The notes under the pieces are model-generated. The model saw only the letters and a program-made list of their open reading frames with translations. It had not been told where the DNA came from and made no database searches. A stretch of DNA of 64,000 nt. Source: Squalus acanthias. Taxonomy: Eukaryota. The translations under genes were made by a program, and so were the position numbers. This document shows positions 11,964 to 24,091 of this stretch, piece by piece; positions within the stretch are counted from its first letter, which is position 1; each line of letters begins with the position of its first letter. Location of the stretch: the NCBI GenBank assembly GCA_030390025.1, contig JASTWF010000033.1, positions 3,412,001 to 3,476,000 on the forward strand. Reading direction: 5' to 3'.

Positions 11964-12856
11964 TCAGTTGTTGTGATTCTTAATCAATTGAATAATTGAG
12001 GTAACCGGATATTTCACCTGCTCTCTGAACTTGGACTGGGTCACTCCATAAATAAATGTGTTTGTACAGCAACTTAAACACCGCAGCATATAGCCGACTT
12101 GCTGAAATATCACTAAAGAAACAATGTAATTATCTATTCCTACAATGCTATAATAACAGAAGTTTATAACATTTGCCAACCACAGCAGTATGAAGCTGCC
12201 AGATATGGTGAAGAGTAAAATCACAGACTTCCTTCTGCTCTCCATCTCTGGGTCTCTGCCATTCTCTCCCTTGCTCTGACCCCTCAGTCTCTTACGGACG
12301 CGACTGGCCACTAAAATGTGTCTGACTGTCAGAGCGTTGAGCAACAAAATTCAAGCGAATGGAAGCAATGGGGTTAGAACTGAATCAAACCAGTCAAATA
12401 CCACCCATCCTGGCTCAGTGTAGTAGCTTGGCTTGACAGTACAGAACCACGGTACATTGTCGATTATCCTTCCAGGGACGCGTGTAAAGTAGAAAGGGAC
12501 GTTTTTTAAACAGAGCAGAATGCAACTTGTTGCTAGAACCACAGCTGCAGTTTTCTCGGTACAATATTTTGTTTTCAGCTTTTGGCAGCAAATGGCTACA
12601 AATCGATCAAAGGTGAAAGTAACGGTGAACCACACAGAACAATCTACGGCTGCCGCAGACAGGACAAGGGTAACAGTACACACAGGGGTGGTGTCCAGGA
12701 TAGACCCCGGGAAATAATAAGAGCTTATCTGGCTCAGTATGACCTCAGTGATAATGAACAGTAGATCCGCCGCTGCCATGGCCACCAGGTAGCGAGTGGT
12801 GCAGGTGGAGAGTCCGCACTTTCCCCGGGACAGGATCACAATCGCCACTAAATTAA
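11964..12856 (-). CDS. GPR139-like GPCR exon 2 (end of TM1 to TM7 and C-tail), contains premature TGA
   Basis: ORFs 12351-12848 and 11964-12347 share one frame; DRF motif and hydrophobic helices; AG acceptor at 12858-12857. Confidence 0.85.
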
Positions 12857-12930
12857 CTGTAAAACACAGAGGGGAAAGGAGAATGGAAATTACTGATCAA
12901 ACATTCTCTGTGTCTGAGACCTGACAGTAA

Positions 12931-13300
12931 GGGCTGGATTTTTGCTCCCCAAATCTGTTGTGTTAAGGTCGGTTCAGAGATTGATGTTAAAAAAATCTCA
13001 TCATAAACCCAACTTGTCTCCAACCTGCCCACTTCTGAGTGTAATGGAGACGGGACGGTGGAGGGTAAGGTTGGAGGGAGGAAGGGGGCTACAATGAGAC
13101 GGGTTGGAAATTTAATTATTTTAATGAGGCTGTCAGCCTCTGATTTAACATTTTTTTACAGGATTAACAGTGGCCGGCCTGGTTTTCCAGTCCTCGGGAA
13201 TCCCGGCAGCTGAGGAGAGGCGAGGACAGCGTCGGGGAGAGTTTTAATGCATTCACAACACTGATTGTAGACCAGGAGGAGCAGGAGTGCTTCGTAGTCA
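12931..13300. mobile_element. Possible non-autonomous DNA transposon fragment (Harbinger-like left end) in the GPCR intron
   Basis: TAA|GGGCTGGATTTT start resembles the TIR at 22419; no matching right end found. Confidence 0.3.
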
Positions 13301-13309
13301 GCACGTATT

Positions 13310-14225
13310 CAAAAAGGAATGTCATGCTTTACCAAATTTAGTAAATTCTTTGAGTAAGTATAGGCAAATGCAGATAAGGGTAATTTGATAGATGTAATAT
13401 ACCTTGATTTTCTAAAACCCTTCGATAAGTTGCAGACTTCGATATGTCCCATTGCAGACTCATGACTAATCTCAGAGCAAGTGGAGCTAGGGGACAAGCA
13501 GCAGAATGGATAGCAGGCTCGCTATAAAAACAGAAAACATGGAGTAGGTGATGAAGGTATTTACCCAGATTAGCGGAAGGTGAGAACTGGTCTTTGACAA
13601 GGACTGGCTCTTGGACCACAGTTGTTCACAATTTACATAACCGATATGGACCCGGGAAGCTGAAGCACAAATGCAACATTTGCAGGCGGATCCAATTTGG
13701 GAGTACAGTTAATACAGTGAAAGAATGCGACCAAATAACTGAAGACATTAAAACATTTGCTGAATGGGCGTTTAAATGGTACATTAATTTCAATGTAGCT
13801 AAATCTGAAGTGCTGCATTTTGGCGGGGAGAATGAGGTTCTCAAATATCCCTTGGAAAAAAAAGTCTGAATGGGGTAGAGGCAATGTGTTTTCGGGCTAC
13901 AGACTCACAAATCATTTAAAGTAGCAAGGCAGGTTAACAAGGCCATCAAATGCACACACAGCACTGGGGCTCATTTCAAGAGGAATGAAATCGAAAAGCA
14001 AAGAGGTTATGTTAAAATGGTAGAACCCTGGTAATACCGTACTGAGCATACTGTGTAGAGTTCAGGACTCCATATTACTAAATGGATTTCCAGGCAGTGC
14101 GGAAGGTCCCAAGATTTTACAAGGATGATTCCAGAACTGAGAGATTATAACTGTCAGGTAACATTGAACAGGCTGGGCCTCTTTCTCTAGATTAGAGAAG
14201 GCTGAGGGGTGATCGAATACAGGCC
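13310..14225 (+). mobile_element. Highly degraded CR1 RT fragment in the GPCR intron
   Basis: GTCATGCTTTACCAAATTTA, CCTTGATTTTCTAAAACCCTTCGATAAG and FAEWAFKW..FNVAKSEVLHFG remnants. Confidence 0.75.
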
Positions 14226-14389
14226 TAGGAAACAGAACAACATCAATCTCTCTACGCTTAGAACCAAACATCTTCAACTAACAGCAAAAATCTTCCCCTT
14301 TACATTCGTAAAACACGAAGGCAGCTCCATGGAAGGGAGAGATCAGTCACCTGAAAAAATGATAGCAAAGTAGTCCTTCTTCTTCCACA

Positions 14390-15050
14390 TCAGTTACAAT
14401 TCTACAGTAAGAGATACTCCCAGTAAAACATGGCCACTGGGGTCAGGTGTTCCACTCCGGTTAGTGAACTACACTCAGTACAGTTCTACAGTGAAAGATA
14501 CTCCCAGTAATAAATGGCCACTGGGGTCAGGTGTTCCACTCCGGTTAGTGACCCACACTCAGTACAGTTCTACAGTGACAGATGCTCCCAGTAATACATG
14601 GCCACTGGGGTCAGGTGTTCCAATCCAGTTAGTGACCCACACTCAGTACAGTTCTACAGTGACAGATATTCCCAGTAATACATGGCCACTGGGGTCAGGT
14701 GTTCCACTCCAGTCAGTGACCCACACTCAGTACAGTTCCACAGTGACAGATACTCCCAGTAATGCATGTCCACTGGGGTCAGGTGCTCCACTCCAGTTAG
14801 TTACCCACACTCAGTAGTTCTACAGTGACAGATACTCCCTGTAATACATGGCCACTGGGGTCAGGTGTTCCACTCCAGTTAGTGACCCACACTCAGTAGT
14901 TTTACAGTGACAGATACTCCCAGTAATACATGGCAACTGGGGTCAGGTGTTCCACTCCGGTTAGTGACCCACACTCAGTACAATTCTACAGTGACAGATA
15001 CTCCCAGTAATGCATGTCCACTGGGGTCAGGTGTTCCGCTCCAGTTAGTG
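14390..15050. repeat. 84-bp minisatellite, ~8 copies, in the GPCR intron
   Basis: Unit ACCCACACTCAGTACAGTTCTACAGTGACAGATACTCCCAGTAATACATGGCCACTGGGGTCAGGTGTTCCACTCCAGTTAGTG; 28-aa periodicity in the ORF track; two copies have a 3-bp deletion. Confidence 0.95.
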
Positions 15051-15302
15051 ATGGATTTTCCAGTAAAGGCAATAACTTCACAATTCAGCGAGAAAGGAGT
15101 TAGAAACAGAGGTTTAATTTACGTTGAGGCAATGGAATAAACCCGCCGAGGTAACTCAGGACATGAACGAAATGATATCACTGATCGGGTGTCTCTATAA
15201 TGGGGATCACGAGACCTGCATGTAACATTGTCAGTCACATAGCAAAACCAGAGACCAGCTCACACACAGATTTACACAACTTCAATGGTTATAGTCACTT
15301 AC

Positions 15303-15369
15303 CAGGAACACCAACGACAGCAATGGTCATGTAGTATATTTTCGCTATTTTGTCAGTTGGTCGATGCAT
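15303..15369 (-). CDS. GPR139-like GPCR exon 1 (short N-terminus and start of TM1)
   Basis: ATG at 15369, 67 nt, GTAAGT donor at 15302; joins exon 2 in frame to give VVGVPVNLVAI. Confidence 0.85.
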
Positions 15370-15453
15370 TTTCTACGTGAAGCGATTTGCCCTTCGTGTT
15401 GCAGGAAATCTCTCTGAATTGAATTGTAAGGCGATACATTCCCAGAGCCTTTA

Positions 15454-15460
15454 ATTTATA
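15454..15460 (-). promoter_or_regulatory. Candidate TATA box (TATAAAT) of the GPCR gene
   Basis: 85 bp upstream of the exon-1 ATG on the coding strand. Confidence 0.45.
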
Positions 15461-15884
15461 CACAGCGGGATCTCCACGGGGACATTGAGATTGCAACATC
15501 GTTCAAAATAGTTATTTTTTAAAATTTGAACAAACAGATTACGACAGCCGAATTAAGTCCCTGTTGTGATGAAATATATTTAGTGCTGAGATTAAAATTG
15601 AAAACCCCAAAGACTGGAGAATTCTGATCACATTAATGAAGTCATGCAAATTGCCAGCTGTATTCTCCCAGCAATGGGGATGTTGTTTCAAACACAATCA
15701 GGCACATCTGTAGATAGCTTATTGTTTCGGTGATGTCCTTCGCTCTGCTGTGGCCATTCATTAATTATATTACAATTGTTAGAGTGTCCTCTCAGGGCTG
15801 GTCTGTTGTACTCTGTGATGTGGCTGCCCTATTTAAATGTGGCGATTCAGTTAAGAAAATCAAATGGGGAATTAGTGTCGAACG

Positions 15885-17630
15885 ATCCTCAAACTAATAC
15901 AGCCAATCAAATCTACATACATTCTCAAATTAATAAACTAACTCTAATGAAAATAAGCAAACTGAAGCAGCCCCTCATAACAATACAACACCTCAAACTA
16001 ATACAGCCTCTCAAACTAATACTGGACCTCAAACTAATACAGCGCCTCAAAGTAATACTGTACCTCAAACTAATACAGCCCCTCAAACTAACACAGCACC
16101 TCAAAATAATACAGCACCTCAAACTAATACAGCACCTCAAACTAATACAGCCCCTCAAACTAATACTGCCCCTCAAACTAATACAGCCCCTCAAACTAAT
16201 ACAGCCCCTCAAACTAATGCAACACCTCAAATTAATACAGTAAATCAAACTAATACAGACCCTCAAACTAATACTACCCCTCAAACTAATACAGCCCCTC
16301 AAACTAATACTGCCCCTCAAACTAATACAGTACCTCAAACTAATACAGCCCCTCAAACTAATACAGCCCCTCAAACTAATACAGTACCTCAAACTAATAC
16401 AGTCCCTCAAACTAATTATGCCCCTCAAACTAATACAGTACCTCAAACTAATTCAGCCCCTCAAACTAATACAGCCCCTCAAACTAATACAGATCCTCAA
16501 ACTAATACAGCTCCTCAAACTAATACTGCCCCTCAAACTAATACAGTACCTCAAACTAATACAGCCCCTCAAACTAATACAGCATCTCAAACTAATACAG
16601 CACCTCAAACTAATACAGCACCTTAAACTAATACACCCCCTCAAACTAATACTGTACTTTAAACCAATACAGCCCCTCAAACTAATATAGTCCCTCAAAC
16701 TAATATAGCAACTCAAACTAATACAGCCCCTCAAACTAATACAGCCCCTCAAACTAATACAGCCTCTCAAACTAATACAGCCCCTCAAACTAATAAAGCT
16801 CCTCACACATATACAGCCCCTCAAACTAATGCAGCCCCTCAAACTAATACAGCCCCTCAAACTAATACAGTCCCTCAAATTAATACAGCCCCTCAAACTA
16901 ATACAGTCCCTCAAACTAATACAGCCCCTCAAACTAATACAGCTCCTCACACTAATACAGCCCCTCAAACTAATACAGCCCCTCAAACTAATACAGCCCC
17001 TCAAACTAATACAGCCCCTCAAACTAATACAGCCCCTGAAACTAATACAGCTCCTCACACTAATACAGCCCCTCATACTAATACAGCCCCTGAAACTAAT
17101 ACAGCACTCAAACTAATACAGCCCCTCAAACTAATACAGCCCCTCAAACTAATACAGCTCCTCACACTAATACAGCCCCTCAAACTAATACAACTCCTCA
17201 AACTAATACAGCCCCTCAAACTAATACAGATCCTCAAACTAATACAGCTCCTCAAACTAATACTGCCCCTCAAACTAATACAGTACCTCAAACTAATACA
17301 GCCCCTCAAACTAATACAGCATCTCAAACTAATACAGCACCTCAAACTAATACAGCACCTTAAACTAATACACCCCCTCAAACTAATACTGTACTTCAAA
17401 CCAATACAGCCCCTCAAACTAATACAGCCCTCAAACTAATACAGCCCCTCAAACTAATACAGCCCCTCAATCTAATAAAGCTCCTCAAACTAATACAGAC
17501 CCTCAATCTAATACAGCACCACAAACTAATTCACACCCTCAAAATAATACAGCCCCTCAAACTAATACAGCCCCTAAATCTAATACAGCCCCTCAATCTA
17601 ATACAGCACCTCAAACTAATACACCACCAT
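15885..17630. repeat. 18-bp minisatellite (CCTCAAACTAATACAGCC)n, left part
   Basis: About 90 tandem copies, degenerate at the left edge. Confidence 0.97.
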
Positions 17631-20600
17631 AAAAAGCAAGACCTCAAAGGCTGTAATCTCTGGATTACTCCCGGTGCAACGTGCTAGTGAGTATAGGAAT
17701 AGGATGATAAAGCAGATGAATGCGTGGCTAAATAGTTGGTGCAGGAGGGAGGGATTTCGTTTCCTGGATCACTGCGTCTGCTTTTGGGGAAGATGGGACC
17801 CGTAGAAGTTGGACAGGTTGCACCTGAACCGGAACGGGAGCAACATCCTTGTGGGGAGCTTTTCTATTACTGCTGGGGCGTGGGTGGGTCGGTTGGGGGG
17901 CGTTAAACTAACTTGGCAGGGGGATGGGATATGGTGTGAAGCTGTAGTGGGGGGGATGCACAGCCAAATTAAGAGGAAAAAAACAATCAGTCTGAAAGGC
18001 AGAGCATATATGTAATGGCATAAGGGAGTATGGCTAGGCTGGAGGCATTTATTTTAATGCAAGGTGTCTTGCGACTAAGGTAGATGAATTGAAGGTGTTG
18101 ATGAACACATGCGGGGATGATATTGTGGCTATCACAGAGACATGGTTGAGGGAGGTGCAGGACTGGCAGCTCAATATTCCGGGGTATAGAATCTTCAGGC
18201 GAGACAGAGTGTGGTATAAAATTGAAGAGGTTGTCGCAATATTAACCAAGGAGTCAATTACTGCAGGCAGGAGGGATGATATCTTAGCAGGTTCCTCTAA
18301 TGAGGCTATATGGGTAGAACTTAAAAACAAAAAGGTGTCAAGCACTTTGCTGGGAGTGTACTATAGGCCTCCAAACATTCAGGGGATGAAAGAGGAACAG
18401 ATATGGAGGCAAACCATAGAGAAGTGTAGTAAAAGTATGGTAATAATAGTAGGGAATTTCAACTTCCCCAATATTAACTGGGATAGTCAGAGTGTGAAAG
18501 GGTTAGAGGGTGCAAAATTTTTAAAGTGCATCCAGGAGAGCTTTTTGAGCCAGCATGTAGAAAGTCCAACAAGAGAGGGGGCGGTACTGGACCTAATTCT
18601 GGAGAATGTAGCTGGGCAAGTGGTAGAAGTGTTAGTAGGAGAGCATTTTGGTGACAGTGACCATAATTCGGTGAGATTTAAGGTCCTCATGGAAAAGGAC
18701 AAAGATGGACCGGAAATAAAGTTTCTAAATTGGGGGAAGCCCGATTTTAATATAGAGGACTGGAGAAAAGCTACCGTTGCATCATTTTTCAAGAAGGGTA
18801 GTAGGGATAAACCAGGGAAGTATAGGCCAGTGAAGTAGGGAAATTATTGGAAAAATTCTGAGGGACGGAATTAGTCTCCACTTGGAGAGCAAGGATTAAT
18901 AAAGGATAGATATGCATGGCTTTGTCAGAGGGAGATCATGTCTGACCAAATTGATAGAATTTTTCGAGGGGGTGACTAGGTGTGTGGATGAGGGTAGTGC
19001 AGCTGATGTGGTGTACATGGACTTCAGTAAGGCTTTTAAGAACATAAGAACATAAGAAATAGGAGCAGGAGTAGACCAATCGGCCCCTCGAGCCTGCTCC
19101 GCCATTCAATGTGATCATGGCTGATCTGATCCAACCTCAACTCTAAACAACTCAAGAAGTAGGAGCAGGACCAGGCAACTCGGCCCCTGGGCCCGCTCCT
19201 CCACCCACAGGGCCTTGACCGAACCGAACTCAAACTCATGTCCAATTTCCAGCACGCTCCCTGTAACCCCTGATTCCCTTTACTTCTAGGAAACGGTCTA
19301 GTTCTGTTTTAAATTTATTTAATGATGTAGCTTCCACAGCTTCCTGTGGTAGCAAATTCCACAGACCCACTACCCTCTGAGTGAAAAAGTTTCTCCTCAT
19401 CTCAGTTTTGAAAGAGGAGCCCCTTATTCTAAGATTATGTCCCCTAGTTCTAGTTTCACCCATCATTGGGAACATCCTAACCGCGTCCACCCGATCAAGC
19501 CCCTTCACAATCTTATATGTTTCAATAATATCGCCTCTCATTCTTCTGAACTCCAATGAGTAGAGTCCCAATCTACTCAACCTCTCCTCGTATGTCCACC
19601 CCCTCATCCCCGGAATTAACCGAGTGAACCATCTTTGTACTGCCTCGAGAGCAAGTATGTCTTTTCTTAAGTATGGACACCAAAACTGTATGCAGTATTC
19701 CAGGTGCAGTCTCACCAATACCCTATACATCTGCAGCAATACCTCCCTGTTATTATATTCTATCCCCCTAGCAATAAAAGCCAACATTCCATTGGCTTTC
19801 TTGATCACCTGCTGCACCTGCATACTAACTTTTCGATTTTCTTGCACCAAGACCCCCAGATCTCTTTGTACTGCAGTACTTTCCAGTTTCTCGCCATTAA
19901 GATACTAACTTGCTCTCTGATTTTCCTGCCAAAGTGCATAAACTCACATTTTCCAATATTGTATTGCATCTGCCAAATCTCTGCCCACTCACCCAGCCCG
20001 TCTATATACCCTTGTAGGTTTTTTATGTCCTCCTCACTCTCTACTTTCCCTCCCATCTTTGTATCATTTGCAAACTTTGATATGTTACACTCGGTTCCCT
20101 CCTCCAAATCGCTAATATAGATTGTAAAGAGTTGGGGACCCAGCACCGACCCCTGTGGAACACCACTGGCTACTGGTTGCCAGTCCGAGAATGAACCATT
20201 TATCCCAACTCTCTGCTTCCTGTTAGATAACCAATCCTCCACCCATGCCAGAATATTACCCCCAATCCAGTGATTTTTTATCTTGAGTAATAATCTTTTA
20301 TGTGGCACCTTGTCGAATGCCTTCTGGAAGTCTAAATACACTACATCCACTGGTTCCCCTTTATCCACCCTGTACGTTATGTCCTCAAAGAACTCGAGCA
20401 AATTTGTCAGACATGACTTCCCCTTCATAAAGCCATGCTGACTTTGTCCTATTAAATTATGTTTATCGAAATGTTCTGTTACTGTCTCCTTAATAATAGA
20501 CTCCAAAATTTTACCCACCACAGATGTTAGGCTAACTGGTCTATAATTTCCAGCCTTCTGCCTACAACCCTTTTTAAATAAGTGTGTTACATTAGCAGTT

Positions 20601-22418
20601 TTCCAATCTGCTGGAACCTTTGCTGAGTTCAGGGAGTTTTGGAAAATTATTACCAAAGCATCCAGAATTCCTACTGTTACTTCCCTCAAGACCCTAGGAT
20701 GTAAGCCATCAGGTCTAGGGGATTTATCCGCCTTGAGTCCCATTATTTTACTGAGTACCAATTCCTTAGTGATTTTAATCGTATTTAGCTCCTCCCCCAC
20801 TAGAGCCCCCTGTTTGTCCAGTGTTGGGGTATTCTTAGTGTCCTCTACCGTAAAGACTGAAACAAAATATTTGTTCAGCATTTTAGCCATCTCCATGTTT
20901 CCCACCATTAATTTCCCGGTCTCATCCTCTGAGGGACCTACGTTTGCCTTAACCACCCTTTTTCTTTTGATATAACTATAGAAACTCTTGCTATCTCTGT
21001 TTATATTTTTTGCTAATTTATTTTCATAGTCTATTTTCCCTTTCTTAATCAATCCTTTAGTTACTTTTTGTTGTCTTTTGTAGACTTCCCAATCTTCTAT
21101 CCTCCCACTAACTTTGGCTACCTGATATGTCCTTGTTTTTAGTTGGATACTTTCTTTAATTTCTTTACTTAGCCATGGATGGCTGTCATTTCTTTGACAC
21201 CCTTTTTTCCTCAGTGGAATATATTTATTTTGAAAGTTGTAATATAACTCCTTGAATGAACACCACTGCTCATGTCCCGCATGGGAGATCGATCAAGACG
21301 GTAAGAGCCCATGGAATCCAGGGCAACTTGGCACATTGGATCCAAAATTGGCTTAGTAGCAGGAGGCAGAGGATGATGGACGAAGGTTGGTTTTGTGACT
21401 GGAAGCCTGTGTCCAGTGGTGTACAGCAGGGATCGGTGCTGTGTCCTTGGCTGTTTGTAGTGTACATTAATGATTCAGATATGAATGTAGGAGGTATGAT
21501 CAGTAAGTTCGCAGATGACACGAAAATTGGTGGGTTGGTAACTAGCGAGGATGCAATCCTTAGGCTACAGGACAATATAGACGGGTTGGTCAGAAGGGCA
21601 GAACAGTGGCAAATGGAATTTAACCCTTAAAATTGTGAGGTGATGCATTTTGGGAGGAGTAAAAAGGCAATGGAATACACAATGAATGGTAGGACTCTAG
21701 GAAGAACAGAGAATCAGAGGGACCTTGGTGTGCATGTACATAGATCTCTGAAGGTAGCAGGACAGGTAGATAAGGTGGTTAAAAAGGCATATGGTATACT
21801 TGCCTTCATTAGCCGAGGCATAAAATATAAGAGCAGGGAGGTTATGATGGAGCTGTACAAAACGCTAGTTAGGCCACAGCTGGAATACTGTGTGCAGTTC
21901 TGTTCGCCGCACTATAGGAAGGATGTGATTGCATTGGAGAGGGTACAGAGGAGATTCACCAGGATGTTACCTGGGCTGCAGCGCTTCAGCTATGAAGAAA
22001 GACTGGACAGGCAGGGGTTGTTTTCCTCAGAGCAGAGAAGTCTGAGGAGGGACCTGATTGAGGTGTACCGAATTATGAGGGGCATAGATAGGGTAGATAG
22101 AAAGGAACATTTCCCTTAGTAGAGGGGTCAATAACCAGGGGGCATAGTTTCAAGGTAAGGGGCTGGATATTTAGAGGGGATTTGAGGAAAAACTTTTTCA
22201 AACAGAGGGTGGTTGGAATCTGGAACTCATTGCATGAAAGGGTGGTAGAGGCAGGAACCCTCACAACATTCAAGAAGCATTTAGATGAGCACTTGAAATG
22301 CCATAGCGTACAAGACTACGGACCAAGTGCAGGAAAATGGGATTAGAATAGACAGGACTTGATGGCCGGCGGAGACACAATGGGCCGAAGGGCCTCTTTC
22401 TGTGCTGTATAACTCTAT
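17631..22418 (+). mobile_element. CR1 LINE (element D): ORF1 esterase end, ORF2 with internal deletion, 3' UTR; interrupted by element E
   Basis: KSKTSKAVISGLLPV at ~17631; endonuclease ORF 18089-18750 joined directly to EDWRKA (RT); DFSKAF|VPHG split at 19037/21274; RT ORFs 21274-22119; hairpin and ACTCTAT tail at 22381-22418. Confidence 0.9.
19038..21273 (-). mobile_element. 5'-truncated CR1 LINE (element E) nested in element D
   Basis: RT ORFs 21052-19805 and 19850-19236 (one frameshift; FAND instead of FADD); (TTCTTATG)n tail at 19038-19058. Confidence 0.93.
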
Positions 22419-22726
22419 GGGGTAAAAATTCACTTGGTTGCGCCTCCCGTTAGCGCCTTAAGAGAGCGCTAATGGGGCGTTAAGCCGCTAACGCCCGGGC
22501 GCAGCGCTGTTTGCGCCGCTCGAGAACTTAACTTGAGATTGTGCGGCGGTGCTAAAACTTACCGCTGCGACCACCTGCGCGCGCAGATTGTGACGTCATT
22601 CCATGGTGCAACGCCCTTGGGGCGCCCCGGAGCGGAAATTGAGTGGCGCCCCCTGCCTTACCGCCTGGCGCTTCCAACGACCGGAAGACTGGAACGTTAT
22701 CAATCGGTGTGGGGCTGGGGGGGGCG

Positions 22727-22735
22727 CTATTTAAA
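22727..22735 (+). promoter_or_regulatory. Candidate TATA-like box (TATTTAAA) for the transposase gene
   Basis: Follows a GC-rich segment, ~210 bp upstream of the ATG. Confidence 0.35.
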
Positions 22736-22788
22736 GGGGGCCTCTTCCTGTCTTTTTCTGTGGTCGACATTTATGCACCACTCGTTCT

Positions 22789-22825
22789 GAGAGAGAGAGA
22801 GAGATTCGGAGAGAGAGAGAGAGAG
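22789..22825. repeat. Interrupted (GA)n microsatellite in the transposase 5' region
   Basis: Directly visible. Confidence 0.9.
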
Positions 22826-22942
22826 ACTTCTACATTGACTCAACGCTTTGTGAGGTAGTTTTGCCTAGTTCATCCTAACTTTGTTGCTACTTTAGTTGCT
22901 GTACCTCATTACTTTTCTTGCAAAGAGAATATTGGGGCTGCA

Positions 22943-24091
22943 ATGATTGGGGGCGTCGTCCTGCTCCAGCTGAATCGGAGGATAGTGAGACGCAGACAGA
23001 GAGTGGCAATGATGGCCAGACGGAGGAGGGCCATCAGGCGCATGTACAGGAGAGCTTACCCTCCCAGGGTATATCGTGAACAGCTCTCCTACATCCATAT
23101 GTCCGAGGAGCTGTGTTTGCGAAGGCTGCGATTCAGCAAGGAGGTGGTCACTGAGCTCTGCCACCTGCTGCAGCCAGATCTGCAGCCTCAGCTGAGGTCC
23201 AGGACGTCTCTGTCGGTGGCAGTGAAGGTCACAGTGGCTTTGAACTTCTACGCCACTGGCTCATTCCAAGCTGCTGTTGGGGACCTCGCCAATATCTCCC
23301 AGTTTGCGGTGCATCGCTGCATCCGGCAGGTCACCAATGCCCTCTTCAGAAGGAGACGAGACTTCATCTCTTTCCCTATGACCCCAGACAAGCAGCGTGA
23401 CCGTGCTCTGGGCTTTGCGAGGGTAGCGGGCTTCCCCATGGTGCAGGGCGCCATTGACTGCACGCGTGTGGCTTTGCGTGCTCCGCGAGAGAATGCAGAG
23501 GAATTCAGGAACAGAAAGGGGTTCCATTCCTTGAATGTGCAGTTGGTCTGTGACCACAGACAGGAGATACTCGCTGTCAATGCCCACTATCCGGGCAGCT
23601 GCCACGATGCTTTCATCCTGCGCCAGACTACTGTGGCAGAAGTTTTCGAGGCACCACATCAGCCAGTTGGTTGGCTTCTGGGGGACAAGGGGTACGCATT
23701 GAGCACCTGGCTGATGACACCGCTCCGTACGCCAAACACCCCTGCTGAGCTGCGGTACAATGAAAGCCATCAAGCAACCAGGAACATTATTGAGCGCACA
23801 ATCGGCGTGCTGAAACAACGGTTCCGCTGTCTGGACCATTCCGGAGGAGCCCTGCAGTACTCGCCTGAGCAAGTTTCGAACTTCGTAGTCGTGTGCTGCA
23901 TGTTGCACAACATGGCAATCCTCAGGACCCAGCCAATGCCACCAGGCCTTGTAGCACCACCAGAGGAGGAGGAGGAAGAGGAGGAACAGGACGAGGACGA
24001 TGATCATCAGCAGCACCAAGGCAGGAGGGCGGCCCACAATGGTCAAACTGCAAGGGCCGTCCGTCAACGACTAATAGCAAGCCGCTTCTAG
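22943..24091 (+). CDS. Harbinger DDE transposase (HARBI1-like nuclease), 382 aa, intact ORF
   Basis: LRRLRFSK, ALNFYATGSFQ HTH region, GAIDCT, NRKGFHSLNVQLVCD, YPGSCHDAFIL, LLGDKGY, IERTIGVLKQRFRCL, acidic tail. Confidence 0.95.
   Translation: MIGGVVLLQLNRRIVRRRQRVAMMARRRRAIRRMYRRAYPPRVYREQLSYIHMSEELCLRRLRFSKEVVTELCHLLQPDLQPQLRSRTSLSVAVKVTVALNFYATGSFQAAVGDLANISQFAVHRCIRQVTNALFRRRRDFISFPMTPDKQRDRALGFARVAGFPMVQGAIDCTRVALRAPRENAEEFRNRKGFHSLNVQLVCDHRQEILAVNAHYPGSCHDAFILRQTTVAEVFEAPHQPVGWLLGDKGYALSTWLMTPLRTPNTPAELRYNESHQATRNIIERTIGVLKQRFRCLDHSGGALQYSPEQVSNFVVVCCMLHNMAILRTQPMPPGLVAPPEEEEEEEEQDEDDDHQQHQGRRAAHNGQTARAVRQRLIASRF

Larger units (their letters stand above)
11964..15369 (-). pseudogene. 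GPR139-like class A GPCR gene, two exons (15369-15303, 12856-11964), ~319 codons, one in-frame TGA at 12353-12351
   Basis: Spliced protein MHRPTDKIAKIYYMTIAVVGVP|VNLVAIVILSRGKCGLS...MAAADLL...TFDRFVAIC...PLLPFA*ILLLNALTVRHIL...SCCTNTFIY; canonical CCTG|GTAAGT donor and TTTTACAG acceptor, phase 1. Family call from recognition of motif pattern. Confidence 0.85.

Noticed and set aside
12351..12353. Selenocysteine or readthrough explanation for the GPCR TGA
   Set aside because: The position fits a transmembrane Leu (TTA>TGA), and I saw no SECIS-like element.
22943..24091. Domesticated host HARBI1/NAIF1 gene pair
   Set aside because: Bounded by TIRs and inserted in a LINE tail, so it is a transposon copy.
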